From an uncultured Clostridia bacterium (lineage in GTDB: Bacteria; Bacillota; Clostridia; TANB77; UBA1234): 54,965 bases of DNA. Under the pieces are notes generated by a model. That model did not search any database. It had not been told where the DNA came from and saw only the letters and a program-made list of their open reading frames with translations. The stretch covers positions 1-54,965 of the forward strand of contig CAMUYU010000003.1 of assembly GCA_947164995.1 (NCBI GenBank). The letters run 5' to 3'. The stretch's first letter is position 1; every line of letters begins with the position of its first letter. This document shows positions 9,633-19,286 of the stretch, piece after piece. Position numbers and translations under genes: made by a program.

Positions 9633-11447
9633 TTAACTATTCATTATTGCCTCAAACTCTTCATCTTCAATCTTTTCTTTCTCAAGAAGTACACTAGCAA
9701 CATTATGAAGCTTATCTTCATGTTCTTTTAAGATTTGCTCAGCTCTCTTATAAGCTTTATCAATAATGCTCTTAACTTCAACATCAATAACTGCTGCAAT
9801 TTCATCAGAATAGTTTTTAATATTATTAATATCTCTACCTAAAAATACTTCTTCTTGGTCATTACCAAAAGTTATTGTACCTAACTTTTCACTCATACCA
9901 TAACGCATAACCATAGCTCTTGCCATTTTAGATGCACGTTCTATATCATTAGAAGCACCTGTGCTAACATCATGTAAAATAAGTGCTTCAGCAACTCTTC
10001 CTCCAAGTAGTGAACAAATTCTATCTTCCATTTCTAGTTTAGACATAAATGATCTATCTTCTGTATTTTTATACATTGTATATCCACCAGCAGTACCTCT
10101 TGGAATGATAGATATTTGATGTACTGGTTCAGAAAACTCTAAGTATCTTGATACAACAGCATGTCCACCTTCATGATAAGCTGTCAATTTCTTCTCTTTA
10201 TCAGAAATAACTCTAGATTTTTTCTCAGGTCCCATAATTACTTTAACCATAGCATTTTCTAAGTCTTCCATAGTAATTGCTTTTCTATCAGCACGAGCAG
10301 CTAAAAGCGCAGCTTCATTAAGCATGTTCTCTAAGTCAGCACCAACAAATCCTGCAGTGTTTTTAGCAAGTAATCCTAAATCAATTGAGCCATCCATTTT
10401 CTTTTTAGCTGCATATAAAGCAAGTATTTCTTCTCTTCCTTTAACATCAGGACTTGGAACTACTATTTGTCTATCAAATCTTCCTGCACGAAGAAGAGCC
10501 CTATCTAAAATATCAGGTCTATTAGTAGCCGCAAGAACTATAACACCAGAGTTTGTACCAAAGCCATCCATCTCAACTAACAATTGATTAAGTGTTTGTT
10601 CTCTTTCATCATGTCCACCACCAAGGCCAGCACCTCTTTGACGACCAACAGCATCAATTTCATCTATAAATACAATACATGGTGCTTTTTCTTTTGCAGT
10701 TTGGAATAAATCTCTAACACGCGATGCACCAACACCAACATACATTTCTACGAAATCAGAACCAGAAATAGAATAAAATGGAACTCCTGCTTCACCAGCA
10801 ACAGCTTTAGCAAGTAATGTTTTACCTGTACCTGGTTGACCAACTAATAAAACTCCCTTAGGAATTCTTGCCCCCATATCAGTAAACTTTTTAGGGAATT
10901 TCAAAAATTCAACAATCTCTTCAAGTTCTTCCATTTCTTCTGGAAGACCAGCAACATCTTTAAACTTAATTTTGTCTTTGCTATCAGGGTCAGATAAACG
11001 AGCTCTATTTTTAGTAAACGTCATAGCTCCTTTTCCACCATTCATAGACTGCATCATAAACACCCAGAATAGAATAAATACAAGAACTAATGAAATTGGG
11101 GTTAAATAATCTAGAAACGTTAAAACTGGAGATGGAGACTCAACTTTAACAACAACTTCTCCTTCTTCAATTTCCTCTTCAATTGCATTCATAAATGCAG
11201 TAAGACTAGGTATGTTAACTATGCTAATCTCTTTTGAAATATTACCTTCTTCATCTTTGTATTTAACCGCAGCCGTACCACCATCACTTGAAAGCGATAC
11301 TTCAGCCACACTTCCTTTTGATATTGAACTCATTAGTTCAGAATATGTTATTTCTTTTGTAGTATTTCTTTGCATAACAACAACAGCAAGAAACATTACA
11401 ATTAATACTATAATAATAAATGATGGAATTCCTCTTCCTCTTCTCAT
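9633..11447 (-). CDS. ftsH: ATP-dependent zinc metalloprotease FtsH.
   Basis: Two N-terminal TM segments, AAA+ Walker [19 protein letters not shown], the second region of homology, and the zinc motif HEGGHA. Confidence 0.97.
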   Translation of the reverse strand: MRRGRGIPSFIIIVLIVMFLAVVVMQRNTTKEITYSELMSSISKGSVAEVSLSSDGGTAAVKYKDEEGNISKEISIVNIPSLTAFMNAIEEEIEEGEVVVKVESPSPVLTFLDYLTPISLVLVFILFWVFMMQSMNGGKGAMTFTKNRARLSDPDSKDKIKFKDVAGLPEEMEELEEIVEFLKFPKKFTDMGARIPKGVLLVGQPGTGKTLLAKAVAGEAGVPFYSISGSDFVEMYVGVGASRVRDLFQTAKEKAPCIVFIDEIDAVGRQRGAGLGGGHDEREQTLNQLLVEMDGFGTNSGVIVLAATNRPDILDRALLRAGRFDRQIVVPSPDVKGREEILALYAAKKKMDGSIDLGLLAKNTAGFVGADLENMLNEAALLAARADRKAITMEDLENAMVKVIMGPEKKSRVISDKEKKLTAYHEGGHAVVSRYLEFSEPVHQISIIPRGTAGGYTMYKNTEDRSFMSKLEMEDRICSLLGGRVAEALILHDVSTGASNDIERASKMARAMVMRYGMSEKLGTITFGNDQEEVFLGRDINNIKNYSDEIAAVIDVEVKSIIDKAYKRAEQILKEHEDKLHNVASVLLEKEKIEDEEFEAIMNS

Positions 11448-11467
11448 TTTTCCTCCTTAATAATGCA

Positions 11468-12433
11468 TTATATCTTTTCAAAATGAATTTTATGATTACT
11501 AATACTAACTTTAATGTTTTTATTTGGTGTTAAATATTTTCCACCCACATTATTTTTACACATCTTAACTATATCGTCAATATGGACCTTTTCTATGTCT
11601 TTTGCTGTTCCAAGTACGGCCGAAATAGCTTTTAAAACCAATCTTTTTCTAATCATTGCATGTAAATTGTTAAACTTTTTTAAGCTAAATGTAATACAAT
11701 TGTAATCACTACTTAGAACTATATCATTATAAGCTTTATCCAATTCAATGTTAACAAAGTCTTCCTGTTCTTCAATAATTTTAGAAGTTCTAGAAATTGC
11801 TTCAATAACATTTGAATTAATATTTTTTTCTATATATGGAATTAGTTTAAGTCTAATTTTATTTCTCGTATATGTATCTTCATCATTAGTTTCATCATGA
11901 CAAGGATTTAAATCATTTTCTTTACAATATTTCAAAATTTCTTTTCTAGAACATTCTATCAAAGGTCTAATAACATTATTATTCTTTGCTAGAATTCCTT
12001 TTAAACCTGAAACTCCACTGCCTCTAAACAAGTTAAGTAATACAGTTTCTGCATTATCATTTTCATTATGTGCAGTTGCAATTAAATTTGCATTTTCAAG
12101 TTCTAAAACTTCTTTAAAAAAATCATACCTAGCTTTTCTACCAGCTTCTTCACTAGACATTCCATTTAAATTCTTTTTTATTTTTAAATTAATCTTTTTA
12201 GTATAACATTTTAAATTTCTATCTTTACAAAATTTCTTAACAAATTTTTCATCTAAATTAGCATTTTCTCTAAGTCCATGATTAATATGACACACAACAA
12301 CATCATAGTCCAGTTTATATAAAATATCTAAAAGTGCGATTGAATCAGGTCCACCAGAAACACCAACAACAATTTTATCTTTTTTACTAATTAGATTATT
12401 CTTTAAAATAAAGTCTTTTACTTTATTAATCAT
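11468..12433 (-). CDS. tilS: tRNA(Ile)-lysidine synthase.
   Basis: PP-loop VGVSGGPDS at the N-terminus. The tilS-ftsH adjacency is typical of Firmicutes. Confidence 0.88.
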   Translation of the reverse strand: MINKVKDFILKNNLISKKDKIVVGVSGGPDSIALLDILYKLDYDVVVCHINHGLRENANLDEKFVKKFCKDRNLKCYTKKINLKIKKNLNGMSSEEAGRKARYDFFKEVLELENANLIATAHNENDNAETVLLNLFRGSGVSGLKGILAKNNNVIRPLIECSRKEILKYCKENDLNPCHDETNDEDTYTRNKIRLKLIPYIEKNINSNVIEAISRTSKIIEEQEDFVNIELDKAYNDIVLSSDYNCITFSLKKFNNLHAMIRKRLVLKAISAVLGTAKDIEKVHIDDIVKMCKNNVGGKYLTPNKNIKVSISNHKIHFEKI

Positions 12434-12448
12434 AATTACCTCTTAATC

Positions 12449-13453
12449 TTATGACATAATAATTTTTTGCAATCCAACTTTTAAATCAGTACTTATAGTT
12501 TTAGATTCAATATCTAAATTAACTAATTCTTTATAAATCCTTACCAATTCATCTTTGGTAAAATTTTTAGCCTGATTTATGTACTTACTAGCTATAAAAG
12601 AATAGCTAAGTCCTAACTCGGTTTGAACATTCTTCTTTTGAAGTTCACACTCTTTAGTTATAACTAGTTGCCAAAAATGTCTCATAATCATAACAAATAT
12701 TTTTTGAACAGGCTCTTTGTTATTAATTAAATCATCAAGATTCTTAATGGCTTCATCTTTTTTCTTGGCACCTATATTATCGGTTAAATCAAATATAATT
12801 ATTTCAGATGTCCTTGTACAAATTTCATCAACACTTGCTTTTGTTATTTCTTTATTATCAACATAAGCAGCTAGTTTTTCAAATTCATTAGCGATTGCAT
12901 TTTTATCACTTCCACATATTTCAATAAGATATGTCGCAACATCTTTATTCATAACACATCCTTTTGAAAGCGAATAAGCGACAAGCCACGAAGCAAGTTC
13001 GTTTGGTTTCTTTTTTTCAAATGCAACAACCTTACCATTCTTTGAAATTAACTTATATAGTTTCCCTTTTGATGTACCTTCTTCAACAAATACAAGTGTT
13101 ATATTTTCAATTTTATTTAAAATGCTCTCTTCTAACTCCTCTGTAAACCAATCCACAGAAGATTTTTTATTTGCTACTTCTTCTACAATTTCATCATTAT
13201 TTTCATCATCTTCATTTGACTCATCATTTTTAGTCTGTGACCTCTTGTTTTTAGGAACAGAAACAACTATCAATTTAGGTTCTGAGAAAAAAGAGTAAGT
13301 GGTTAATTCAGAAGAAAGATTAGAAATATTATCTTTATCAAATTTTAAATAATTAATTCCTTTATCAAGTTTTGAAAAATTCTGTTTAAGTTTATCTAAG
13401 TAATCCATCTTAGCAAAATTATCATCACCTGATAACAAATACAAATTTTCCAT
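12449..13453 (-). CDS. holA: DNA polymerase III delta subunit.
   Basis: Length and layout fit HolA (N-terminal MENLYLLSGDDNF..., C-terminal helical domain). It carries an acidic insert, NDESNEDDENNDEIVEE. Confidence 0.75.
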   Translation of the reverse strand: MENLYLLSGDDNFAKMDYLDKLKQNFSKLDKGINYLKFDKDNISNLSSELTTYSFFSEPKLIVVSVPKNKRSQTKNDESNEDDENNDEIVEEVANKKSSVDWFTEELEESILNKIENITLVFVEEGTSKGKLYKLISKNGKVVAFEKKKPNELASWLVAYSLSKGCVMNKDVATYLIEICGSDKNAIANEFEKLAAYVDNKEITKASVDEICTRTSEIIIFDLTDNIGAKKKDEAIKNLDDLINNKEPVQKIFVMIMRHFWQLVITKECELQKKNVQTELGLSYSFIASKYINQAKNFTKDELVRIYKELVNLDIESKTISTDLKVGLQKIIMS

Positions 13454-13470
13454 ATATTAACCTTTCCAAA

Positions 13471-13959
13471 TTATGATATAGGCTCCGCAAATTTGCTAGA
13501 ATGTGCATGACATATAGCAATTGCTATTGCATCAGTCGTATCATCTAATTTAGGAATCTTTTCTAAATTTAAAATGGCTTTAACCATACTTTGAACTTGT
13601 TTTTTATCTGCCCTACCATAACCTACAACAGCTTGTTTAACTTGAAGAGGAGTATATTCATATATAGGTGTATTTGTTTTAGAGGCAGAAATCACAACTG
13701 CTCCTCTTCCATGTGCAACTTGAATTCCAGTAGTAATATTAGTGTTAAAGAATAATTCTTCAACAGCAATTGCATCTGGTTTATAAGTATCAATCAAAGT
13801 CATCATATCATCATAAATTTTTTGAATACGTTTTGGAAATGGAACACCTTTTTTTGTTTCAATTGCGCCAGAATCAATTAACTTAAAATGATTTCCTTCA
13901 TATTCAATTAAGCCATACCCCGTAATCGCATAGCCGGGGTCAATTCCAAGAATTATCAT
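13471..13959 (-). CDS. ruvC: Crossover junction endodeoxyribonuclease RuvC.
   Basis: MIILGIDPGYAITGYG..., the catalytic acidic residues, and C-terminal DAIAIAICHA. The ATG at 13957-13959 is preferred over the upstream TTG. Confidence 0.88.
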   Translation of the reverse strand: MIILGIDPGYAITGYGLIEYEGNHFKLIDSGAIETKKGVPFPKRIQKIYDDMMTLIDTYKPDAIAVEELFFNTNITTGIQVAHGRGAVVISASKTNTPIYEYTPLQVKQAVVGYGRADKKQVQSMVKAILNLEKIPKLDDTTDAIAIAICHAHSSKFAEPIS

Positions 13960-13980
13960 AAAACAACCTTTCAAATATAT

Positions 13981-16029
13981 CTATTTTAAAACAATCGATA
14001 TTACTGCAGATACAGACCAAGCTTGTGCCAATGCACCATTAGCATATTGTGGTTCTTCAGCATCATATATTTCTGCTATACTTCCCACACATCCATCATT
14101 TAATAATTCTTCAGCATTTGAAATCTTAAATGCTTTTTTATTAATATATTTATAAGCTTTTGCATATTCTCCCAAAAGCCAAATCCAGCAAGTTCCTTGG
14201 TGATAGCTTGAATCTCTATTATAGCTGTCCCCTTCATATCTTGGCTTATATTCTGGGTCTTCAGGGGCTAAAGTTCTAATACCCTTTAATGTGTATAGCT
14301 TATCTCTTACAATATGTAATATTTCTGCTGCTTTTTCTCCAGAAACCACAGGATGAGAAAGGCTAATTGCCATTATTTGATTTGGTCTTACTTGTTCATT
14401 ATATGGATCGATAGTATCAAACAAACCATCATCTGCATAAAACTTTTTAAACGATTCCTTTACTTTCTTGGCAAGTCTACCATCGAAAACTATATTTAGT
14501 ACTTCGTAATATACTAACGCTTTATCAGACAAAAACAAATCTCTAGTTTTTGCCTCATCAAATTCTTCATCATTTTCGTCTTCATCTATTAAATATATTG
14601 CATTTAATACATCTTTTGCACTAGCGTCTTGGTCTAGATTTTCAGCATATTTTTTTCTTAATTTATCATTTAAATCTTTAATGTTCATAAGAGCATTATA
14701 CCAAAGAGCATTTATTTCGACTGCTTTACCATATCTAGGTGTTGGAATATAGTCTCCAATCTTTGCATCCATCCAAGTAAGCTGAGTATCTTTACTTCCA
14801 GCAAAGATTAAACCATCATCATCCATATATATATTAAAATCAGTTCCAGTCATATACGAATAGATTATCTCAAGCATCTTAGGAAATATTTCTTTAATTG
14901 TGCCTAAATCTCCAGTATAAGAATAATAATTATATGCTGCTTCAATATACCACAAAGAAGCATCAGCGGTATTATAGCTTCCTCCACCTTTATCATTAAT
15001 ATAATTAGGCACCAAACCATTTTTTATATAATTAGCAAAATATTTTAAAATTTGTTTGGCTTCAATAAATCTATTTGTCTTCAATAATAATCCTTCTAAA
15101 GCAATGAATGTATCCCTTCCCCAATCCGAAAACCATGGATATCCTGCAACAATACTCTTTTCTTTGCCTTTATTAACTACAAATTGATCAGAAGATATAA
15201 CTAATTCTTTTTCCAAATCTGTTTTAGCAGATGATATCTTACAAATCTTTTCTAGTCTAATTTCTTCTAATCTAATAGCAGATGCTGTTTCATCATCATC
15301 AATAGTACATTTTTTATTTAGTTCAGCAACTACATATATCTCTTTTTGTTCATTTGGTAAAAGTTGAATTTTAAATTCACCAGGGATAAACTGATTTTCA
15401 TATGAATCAAAGCCACGAGATTGCTCTACTCTATAGTACATATTATTATAAAATGTGTCTTTATACTCTGTATAATCACTGTCTGTCACTTTAATGTATA
15501 AATTATACTTGCTATCTACTTTAACCGTAAGATATTCATCGAATTTTTGAGGATATCCATACGCACTTTGTGTTTGATGAAACCCTCTATAATTAACAAA
15601 TGGTAGTAATGAAAAGTATGCTATAGAATCTTTGGTATTAACAATGTTGTATCTAACAACAACTTTGTTTTCTCCTTTTACCATAACAATTTTTTTTGCA
15701 ATCTCAACTCCATTAACATTGTATAAAAACTCTGGTAAGTATTTTCTTTCAAATGCTTCTTGATATATGTATCCTTTTTCAATATATCCTGCACACTCAT
15801 TGCTAGAAAAAGAGTATCTTTCGCCATCAATTGTGATAAATTCATTGAATTTAGATAAAGTCATTACTCTTTCCATATTGTTTCCTAGTGAAGCTACAAG
15901 CAATCCATGATATTTTCTAGTGTTAACACCTATAATTGTTGAACTAGCATAACCTCCAATACCATTTGTTACAAGCCATTCATTTCTAAGATTTTTTTCG
16001 AAAGTACTTGAAATATCTTTTGTAAACAT
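13981..16029 (-). CDS. Glycogen debranching enzyme / amylo-alpha-1,6-glucosidase family protein.
   Basis: N-terminal WLVTNGIGGYASSTIIGVNTRKYHGLLVA and central AGYPWFSDWGRDTFIAL are the hallmark strings of the bacterial/archaeal GDE family. Confidence 0.82.
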   Translation of the reverse strand: MFTKDISSTFEKNLRNEWLVTNGIGGYASSTIIGVNTRKYHGLLVASLGNNMERVMTLSKFNEFITIDGERYSFSSNECAGYIEKGYIYQEAFERKYLPEFLYNVNGVEIAKKIVMVKGENKVVVRYNIVNTKDSIAYFSLLPFVNYRGFHQTQSAYGYPQKFDEYLTVKVDSKYNLYIKVTDSDYTEYKDTFYNNMYYRVEQSRGFDSYENQFIPGEFKIQLLPNEQKEIYVVAELNKKCTIDDDETASAIRLEEIRLEKICKISSAKTDLEKELVISSDQFVVNKGKEKSIVAGYPWFSDWGRDTFIALEGLLLKTNRFIEAKQILKYFANYIKNGLVPNYINDKGGGSYNTADASLWYIEAAYNYYSYTGDLGTIKEIFPKMLEIIYSYMTGTDFNIYMDDDGLIFAGSKDTQLTWMDAKIGDYIPTPRYGKAVEINALWYNALMNIKDLNDKLRKKYAENLDQDASAKDVLNAIYLIDEDENDEEFDEAKTRDLFLSDKALVYYEVLNIVFDGRLAKKVKESFKKFYADDGLFDTIDPYNEQVRPNQIMAISLSHPVVSGEKAAEILHIVRDKLYTLKGIRTLAPEDPEYKPRYEGDSYNRDSSYHQGTCWIWLLGEYAKAYKYINKKAFKISNAEELLNDGCVGSIAEIYDAEEPQYANGALAQAWSVSAVISIVLK

Positions 16030-16060
16030 ATAGGTCTCCTTTTTCTTGCGTATATTTTAA

Positions 16061-17473
16061 TTACTTATCACTTTTACTATCGCCTTTCATTTTTGAAGGT
16101 GTAATAATTTTTGTGTCTTGGAATAAAATACTCTTCTTCTTTTTCTTACGATTTTTATCTAATTTAGATTTAATTTTATATGCTTCAAAAGCTTGTTTAT
16201 GATGTTTTAAATCCATATTGTTGTATGCCATTGTCATTATAGCATCTCCAAGCTTTTTATAATCATGTCTAATATATCCTTGTTCATCATTTGTTGCAAA
16301 ATTATCAACTGCTAGTTTTACACCAGTAGCTTTTATTTCAGATTTATCAATTTCCAAAAGTTCACTACCTTCTTCGTTGTATCTTCTAATATACTCAGGC
16401 ATAATTTCACTTTCACTAGCTAACACATAGTCAACAATTCCTTTTCCAGCATGTTCATGAACAGAATTTACTAAATCAGAAACTGCATAACCATCCGTTT
16501 GACCAGGCTCAGTCATGATATTTGATACAAAAATCTTGAGAGCTTTACTTCCTTTAATACTATCTGATACTTCTTTTAGAAGTAATGTTGGTATAATACC
16601 AGTGTATAAACTACCTGGACCGATTACTATTAAATCAGCCTCTTTAATACTATTAATAACTCCAGGAGCAGGTTCAACAACAGCTGGTTGAAGGAAAATT
16701 TTTTCAATAGGAGATTTTCTTTCTAATACTTTATCTGTAATCGAATCTTCCCCAAGAACTCTAGAACCATCTTTAAGTACTGCACCTATTTGAACATGAT
16801 CCAAAGTAACAGGTAATACCTTGCCAGTAACAGATAAAACTTCAGAAGTGTCTTGAATTGCTTTAGCAAAATTATTGTCGCATATATCATTCATAGCAGC
16901 TAACAATAGATTTGCAAAATTTTGTCCTTTAAGTTTTCCTGTTTTAAATTTATATTTCATTAAGTTTTGCATTTTATCTTCTGAACTTGATAAAGCAATA
17001 ATAGATTGTCTAACATCATTAGGAGGTAAGATTCCTAAATCATTTGTCATGCTATCATCTCTATTGCCTCCACCTGCAGTATTTACTATCGCTGTAATAT
17101 TTTCAGAATATGTTTTTAATCCTTTTAAAACAGATGCTAAGCCAGAACCACCACCAATAACAACTATCTTTATTCCTTTATCTAATGCTTTTTTATCATA
17201 TATTAATTTCTTAATATTGATATTTTTATTAGATTTTATGGTAGCTTCAGCAATAGTTTTTACCAATTCTTGTTGTGAGAAAATATATGAAAACACAACA
17301 CATACAACTCCAAACACGAATAGCAACCCATATTTTATTATTTGAGATATTTCAATATTGTCATTAATAATAATCTTATTAATACCATAAGCAATAAAGA
17401 ATACACCAACTAATATGAAAAATAACCATCGCTTCAGTTTTAAATTTGATTTAAACCATTCTATAAAATTCAT
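16061..17473 (-). CDS. YvcK/CofD-family (gluconeogenesis factor-like) protein with an N-terminal membrane anchor and a Lys-rich tail.
   Basis: VVIGGGSGLASVLKGLK nucleotide-binding loop and PPNDVRQSIIALS. Two predicted TM helices occupy the first ~65 aa. Confidence 0.78.
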   Translation of the reverse strand: MNFIEWFKSNLKLKRWLFFILVGVFFIAYGINKIIINDNIEISQIIKYGLLFVFGVVCVVFSYIFSQQELVKTIAEATIKSNKNINIKKLIYDKKALDKGIKIVVIGGGSGLASVLKGLKTYSENITAIVNTAGGGNRDDSMTNDLGILPPNDVRQSIIALSSSEDKMQNLMKYKFKTGKLKGQNFANLLLAAMNDICDNNFAKAIQDTSEVLSVTGKVLPVTLDHVQIGAVLKDGSRVLGEDSITDKVLERKSPIEKIFLQPAVVEPAPGVINSIKEADLIVIGPGSLYTGIIPTLLLKEVSDSIKGSKALKIFVSNIMTEPGQTDGYAVSDLVNSVHEHAGKGIVDYVLASESEIMPEYIRRYNEEGSELLEIDKSEIKATGVKLAVDNFATNDEQGYIRHDYKKLGDAIMTMAYNNMDLKHHKQAFEAYKIKSKLDKNRKKKKKSILFQDTKIITPSKMKGDSKSDK

Positions 17474-17475
17474 AA

Positions 17476-18408
17476 TTACCTCTCTCCTACAATTTTAACT
17501 TCTTCATGAAGTGTAACATTATATTTTTCAAAAATTACTTTTTTAATATAATCTATTAAATCTAAAATATCTTGTGATGTAGCATTATCACTATTTACAA
17601 TAAATCCTGCGTGCAAAGTAGATACTTCAGCACCACCCACCTTGTGCCCTTTAAGTCCAGCATCATCTATAAGTTTTGCAACAATAACTCCTTCTTCTCT
17701 TCTAAATATGCTTCCAGCACACGGAAGATTAATAGGTTGCTTTGCAGCTCTTGATATAATATTTTCTTTCATTTTTTCTGATATATCTTCTTTGTTTCCT
17801 TTTTCAAGTTTTATTTTACATGAAAGAATAATCGCTTTTTCTAAGGAATGAAAAATGCTACTTCTATATTCAAATTTACACTCGGCATTTGAAAAAACTT
17901 TAATAACATTTTCATTTGGAAGATAACATTCAACTTCTTCAACTATATCTTTAAATTCTCCACCATAAGCACCTGCATTCATATAAATGCCACCACCAAT
18001 GGTTCCAGGAATACCACAAGCAAATTCAAAACCTGTTAATTCATTATCTCTTGCAAAGTTAGATGCCTTAATTGTAGAATAGCCTGCTCCAATTTTTATT
18101 TCACAAGTATTATCATTGTAATCAATTTTATCCAAACCTTTTAAAGAAATAATTATTCCTCTAATACCTTTATCAGTAACTAAAGTGTTGCTACCATTAC
18201 CAAATAAAGTATATTCAATCTCATTATCTTTTGAAAACGACACCAATTTTTTAATTTCTTCTCCACTAGAAGGAACAACATAAAAATCAGCTGGTCCACC
18301 TGTATGAAAAGTTGTATGATTACTCATTGGCTCATCTTTAAAGATTTTATCTTCAGAAACAATCTTCTTTAATTCATTAAAAATATCCTCTTTTGACAAA
18401 GTATACAT
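17476..18408 (-). CDS. murB: UDP-N-acetylenolpyruvoylglucosamine reductase.
   Basis: FAD-binding domain (MSNHTTFHTGGPADF, GNGSN) and C-terminal MurB motifs (CAGSIFRR, GGAEVSTLHAGFIVN). Confidence 0.95.
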   Translation of the reverse strand: MYTLSKEDIFNELKKIVSEDKIFKDEPMSNHTTFHTGGPADFYVVPSSGEEIKKLVSFSKDNEIEYTLFGNGSNTLVTDKGIRGIIISLKGLDKIDYNDNTCEIKIGAGYSTIKASNFARDNELTGFEFACGIPGTIGGGIYMNAGAYGGEFKDIVEEVECYLPNENVIKVFSNAECKFEYRSSIFHSLEKAIILSCKIKLEKGNKEDISEKMKENIISRAAKQPINLPCAGSIFRREEGVIVAKLIDDAGLKGHKVGGAEVSTLHAGFIVNSDNATSQDILDLIDYIKKVIFEKYNVTLHEEVKIVGER

Positions 18409-18423
18409 CCTTCCATTTTATAA

Positions 18424-19272
18424 TTACATACTATCCAAAAACGATGCACCTATTAATCCGGCATCATTTCCTAGTTTTGCAAACTTCAATTTAACATCAT
18501 TCGTTTCTCTATTAAATAATCTTGATGCAATTTTTCCTCGAAGCACATAGTAAAATCTATCACCAAACCATGCGATGCTTCCTCCTATAACTAACATATC
18601 AACATCATTTATCATAATAAAATTAGCAAGACCTTCAGCTAAATCATCTAAGTATTCATCAAACACTTTTGCAAGTTCTGGCGATGAATCCATACTAGTA
18701 AATAATTCACCTAATGATTTAGTTTTAGTTATCTCTAGTAACCTTGATACAGATGCATATTTTTCAAAGCATCCTTTTCTACCACAGTTGCATTGTATGC
18801 CACCTTTTTTTATGACAATATGTCCTAACTCACCTGCATAACCATTTTTACCTTCATATACTTTTCCATTAAAGATTAACCCTGAACCAATCCCAGTGCC
18901 TAGTGTAACTAATGCATAATTAGTATATTTACACTTATCAATTATTTTATATTCTGCAATAGTTGCACACAAAGCATCATTAGCAAGCTTTATTGGTAAA
19001 GTAGTATGAATCTTTTTAACAAAGTTAGGATCTTCAAGGCTTAAATTACATGTATAAACAATTCTATTGTTTTTAATTATTCCTGGAACACCAATCCCAA
19101 CAAAATTCACTCTGTCTTCTCTTGCTTTTATATATTCAGATATTTTTTTTATTATGTATTTGGAAGAATTGTCATTAGCAAAATTGACTATTTCTTTTTC
19201 ATAGACTTTACCATTTTCGTCTACCATAGCCATACCAACATGTCTTCCACCTATATCTATACCAATGTTAAT
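18424..19272 (-). CDS. ROK-family sugar kinase (glucokinase-like), probably starting at a non-canonical ATT codon.
   Basis: ROK motifs are present (GTGIGSGLI, zinc motif GHIVIKKGGIQCNCGRKGCFE). The phosphate-1 loop INIGIDIGGRHVG is encoded in frame upstream of the first ATG. The frame opens at 19278, and the ATT at 19270-19272 lies 6 nt after GAGGTGA. Confidence 0.75.
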   Translation of the reverse strand: MNIGIDIGGRHVGMAMVDENGKVYEKEIVNFANDNSSKYIIKKISEYIKAREDRVNFVGIGVPGIIKNNRIVYTCNLSLEDPNFVKKIHTTLPIKLANDALCATIAEYKIIDKCKYTNYALVTLGTGIGSGLIFNGKVYEGKNGYAGELGHIVIKKGGIQCNCGRKGCFEKYASVSRLLEITKTKSLGELFTSMDSSPELAKVFDEYLDDLAEGLANFIMINDVDMLVIGGSIAWFGDRFYYVLRGKIASRLFNRETNDVKLKFAKLGNDAGLIGASFLDSM

Positions 19273-19286
19273 GATTTCTCACCTCT

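Noticed and set aside
16875-17345. 156-aa plus-strand ORF. The same class covers most of the other short track ORFs that lie inside a called CDS.
   Set aside because: All are embedded inside, mostly antisense to, genes with strong motif support. None has a plausible RBS or a recognisable domain.
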